Source of the DNA: a virus
Taxonomy: Duplodnaviria; Heunggongvirae; Uroviricota; Caudoviricetes
DNA length: 64,000 bases
IMG/VR virus record: IMGVR_UViG_3300047444_000753
Coordinates: 69,256-133,255 of that record
Direction: 5' to 3' (one strand)
Positions 61,768 to 64,000 of this stretch are shown here, piece by piece. The notes under the pieces are model-generated. The model saw nothing but the letters and a program-made list of their open reading frames with translations, did no database searches and was not told where the DNA came from. Both the position numbers and the translations under genes were made by a program. Positions within the stretch are counted from its first letter, which is position 1. Every line of letters starts with the position of its first letter.

Positions 61768-63789
61768 ATGCCAGAAATCCCGGAAGACTTCCGTGCTAAG
61801 TCGATGAAGGCAGTCCGCATTTCGCGAAGCGGAAAAGCGGCGATCGTAAAAAATGCAGACAACCTATACCTCACTGTGTCACTAGCTACGGGTGAGGCAT
61901 ATACCAAGCCGACTTCTGAGCTCGCCGACCAGACCTCTTTCGGTACTTGGCGCATGGCCAGTCCGATGGAGCAGACGGCGATCGTCGCGTCCCTGACTGC
62001 ACCCGTGGAAGATGTCATCACCGTCGAGGAGAAGGAGCCAGTAAAATCTTACCGCGTTCCTTCTGCAGTTAAGGCCGAGGTATCCCGAGCACTGGAGCTC
62101 TCCGGAGACAGTCTCTCGGACGAGGACCGACAGTTTGCCACCACGCTCGCGACCAGCGACTCCGTAGGGTATCCGGAAGTCAACTGGATGAACGATTTCT
62201 TCAACCAGTATGACACCCCTCAGCGCCTTCGCGGTGGCTACAAGGGACAGACGTGGGCCTCTAAGATTGTCAACGATGAGCCTGAAGAGGTTCTGCCCGA
62301 TCCCGTCGATGACCGATACAATTTCGAGGCCGACGACGACATCCTTTTCTTCGGGCTTGGCTCCGATCCTGACACTGTCGAATGCAATAACCTGATGGCG
62401 GTTGACTTCGATTCGGGGGAAGCCTTCCTCTGGGGTCCTGATGGCTTCGAGCACACGGACGAGGTTGACATCACCAACTTTGATCACCCGATGGCACTAC
62501 CCATCGATCGTGACACAGCCGAGCAGCTGGCCCGCTGGATCGACTCCGGCGAAGAGTACCAGTCCTATGACATCCGGGACACGGATCCAGACGAGAGAAA
62601 CCTCTTCGGTCTGGCAGAATCGGATTTGGATTTCGATGACTTGGATCGGCGCGGCTCCATCATCGCCGATGCTTCCGGATACACCCCTGCCGAGCGCAGC
62701 CTCAACGCCCGCCGCCAGATTCGTGGTCCGGGTGGAACCTTCGGTGGCCGTCAGGTTGAACAGGGCGACAAGCTCCTTGCCTTCAAGAAGGGCAAGCTCT
62801 CGGACAACCCCCCTCTGGTGGCCGATGTCGCTGCCCGCATCCAGCAGTTCATTAAGGATGCCACGACTACCGACGACGCTGCTGCAGTGCCCGCCACGGC
62901 CCCTGTAACAGCCGCAGCGCCCAACCCTGCCCCACCGGCAGACGAGGAGGCTCCGGCCCCCACAACGTCCAACGCAACGGCGGGAGCGCCCACTGGCGGA
63001 CCTTCCGGTGCCGCCATCTACTTCGCCATCGTGGATCCCACGGACACTACCGCAGTTCTTGAGGTTGTCTCCATTATCAAGGACTCCACCGGCAACCCAC
63101 AGGCATGGATCCGCAATCGCGGGACGTGGAAGAATGACCCCGCCACGCTGGCCAAGCTCACAGGACCAACCCCGCCGCCCGTCATCGAGCTCACCACCCC
63201 CGAGCCTGCCAAGACGGTTCTGGCACAGGTCGATAAGTACGACGCCAATGTGGCACACTTCCCGACCGACGCGGTTCCCGACAAGGCACCCGTCACGGCG
63301 GCTGGTTTCGTGGTTCCCGGAACGGATCTGGGCATCTACAACGAGCAGGATATTGTTGATGCAGTATCAACTTTCGATACCCTGAGCCCGGAGACCCAGA
63401 GCGCAGCAAAGCGCATCATCCGGAACCGTGCCATCGCCATGAACCGCAAGGACCTAATCCCTGCCGACTGGCGAACGCTCTCCGCTGTGGAGGAGGGTGA
63501 GGCATTTGCCTCCGAGTCCCCGCTGTTCAGCGAGTACGGCGACATCATTGTTGCTGCCGGTCACCCCTTCAAGGGTGCTAAGGGCGCAGAGCGCCTGAAG
63601 GAGTACTGGACCCACGGTAAGGGTGCCCTCAAGATCCGCTGGGGCACCAAGGGAGACCTGACACGCGCACACTCGCACCTAGCCAAGTTTGTTGGCCCGG
63701 TAATGGCGTGGGGCCTTGCACAGAATTATCACAAATCAGTCTTTGGCATGTCCAATGCCAAGCACGACAAGCTGACCGGCCAGCGGTAG
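61768..63789 (+). CDS. prohead-associated multidomain protein
   Basis: VPSAVKAEVSRAL and AERLKEYWTHGKGALKIRWGTKGDLTR motifs seen in actinophage head-assembly proteins. Confidence 0.7.
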   Translation: MPEIPEDFRAKSMKAVRISRSGKAAIVKNADNLYLTVSLATGEAYTKPTSELADQTSFGTWRMASPMEQTAIVASLTAPVEDVITVEEKEPVKSYRVPSAVKAEVSRALELSGDSLSDEDRQFATTLATSDSVGYPEVNWMNDFFNQYDTPQRLRGGYKGQTWASKIVNDEPEEVLPDPVDDRYNFEADDDILFFGLGSDPDTVECNNLMAVDFDSGEAFLWGPDGFEHTDEVDITNFDHPMALPIDRDTAEQLARWIDSGEEYQSYDIRDTDPDERNLFGLAESDLDFDDLDRRGSIIADASGYTPAERSLNARRQIRGPGGTFGGRQVEQGDKLLAFKKGKLSDNPPLVADVAARIQQFIKDATTTDDAAAVPATAPVTAAAPNPAPPADEEAPAPTTSNATAGAPTGGPSGAAIYFAIVDPTDTTAVLEVVSIIKDSTGNPQAWIRNRGTWKNDPATLAKLTGPTPPPVIELTTPEPAKTVLAQVDKYDANVAHFPTDAVPDKAPVTAAGFVVPGTDLGIYNEQDIVDAVSTFDTLSPETQSAAKRIIRNRAIAMNRKDLIPADWRTLSAVEEGEAFASESPLFSEYGDIIVAAGHPFKGAKGAERLKEYWTHGKGALKIRWGTKGDLTRAHSHLAKFVGPVMAWGLAQNYHKSVFGMSNAKHDKLTGQR

Positions 63790-63798
63790 AGGAACACC

Positions 63799-64000
63799 AT
63801 GAAAATTTACCCACCGATCTCTTCGGACATCCTTTCTTCGCTAGACTTTGATGAAAAAGTCATCGAGATGGCGATCACGGCTGCCGCTAGCTTCCTTGAA
63901 GACACAGGATACGATCTCCCGCAGTCTGCGGAAGACGTCGAGTCCTCCGGAACAGCCTTCGGCGCAAACTTCGTCATCCCTCTGGCCCTGCCCGAAGGTG
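63799..64000 (+). CDS. probable capsid maturation protease, N-terminus (3'-truncated)
   Basis: GAGGA RBS; open to window end; FVIPLALPEG; position in head module. Confidence 0.45.
   Translation, partial: MKIYPPISSDILSSLDFDEKVIEMAITAAASFLEDTGYDLPQSAEDVESSGTAFGANFVIPLALPEG

Noticed and set aside
1-64000. Prophage, integrase, retron or DGR
   Set aside because: No integrase, att-like junction, host genes, reverse transcriptase or template/variable repeat pair was seen in the window.

Overview
The window is part of a large, GC-rich tailed-phage genome. An actinobacterial host is inferred from AAGGAG RBSs, many leaderless starts, sigmaA-type promoters and a DUF1360-like gene next to the portal. 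No integrase, rRNA or CRISPR array was seen. There are four blocks. (1) 1-17.7 kb: about 55 short + strand genes in promoter-led cassettes, many with an SH3/KOW-like 'F(K/E)xGDxV' module, a stand-alone LigA domain-Ia protein and one atypical tRNA. (2) 17.8-20.2 kb: a TerS-like gene, a SLOG-like gene and an HNH endonuclease. (3) About 20.2-35.6 kb: an early-type module, possibly a long terminal repeat, bounded by repeat-rich non-coding DNA. It is built from promoter-ORF-terminator cassettes (+ strand to 30.6 kb, then - strand). (4) 35.7-64 kb: small genes, an NAD+ reconstitution pair (Prs-like plus Nampt-like, NARP1 type), a phosphoesterase, an HTH protein, the portal, a 3039-aa multi-enzyme head-region protein (two ART-like domains, Nudix, kinase-like domain, repeats) and prohead genes. 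The most striking unexplained signals are in block 3. A 15-bp palindrome, TTRYAA-N3-TTRYAA, has 25 perfect copies (24 within 18.6-35.5 kb, many inside ORFs). Six promoters have their -35 box at the apex of a GC hairpin. Two families of promoter-driven short transcripts have no convincing ORF. Domain names come from motif recognition by eye, not database searches, and counts are manual.
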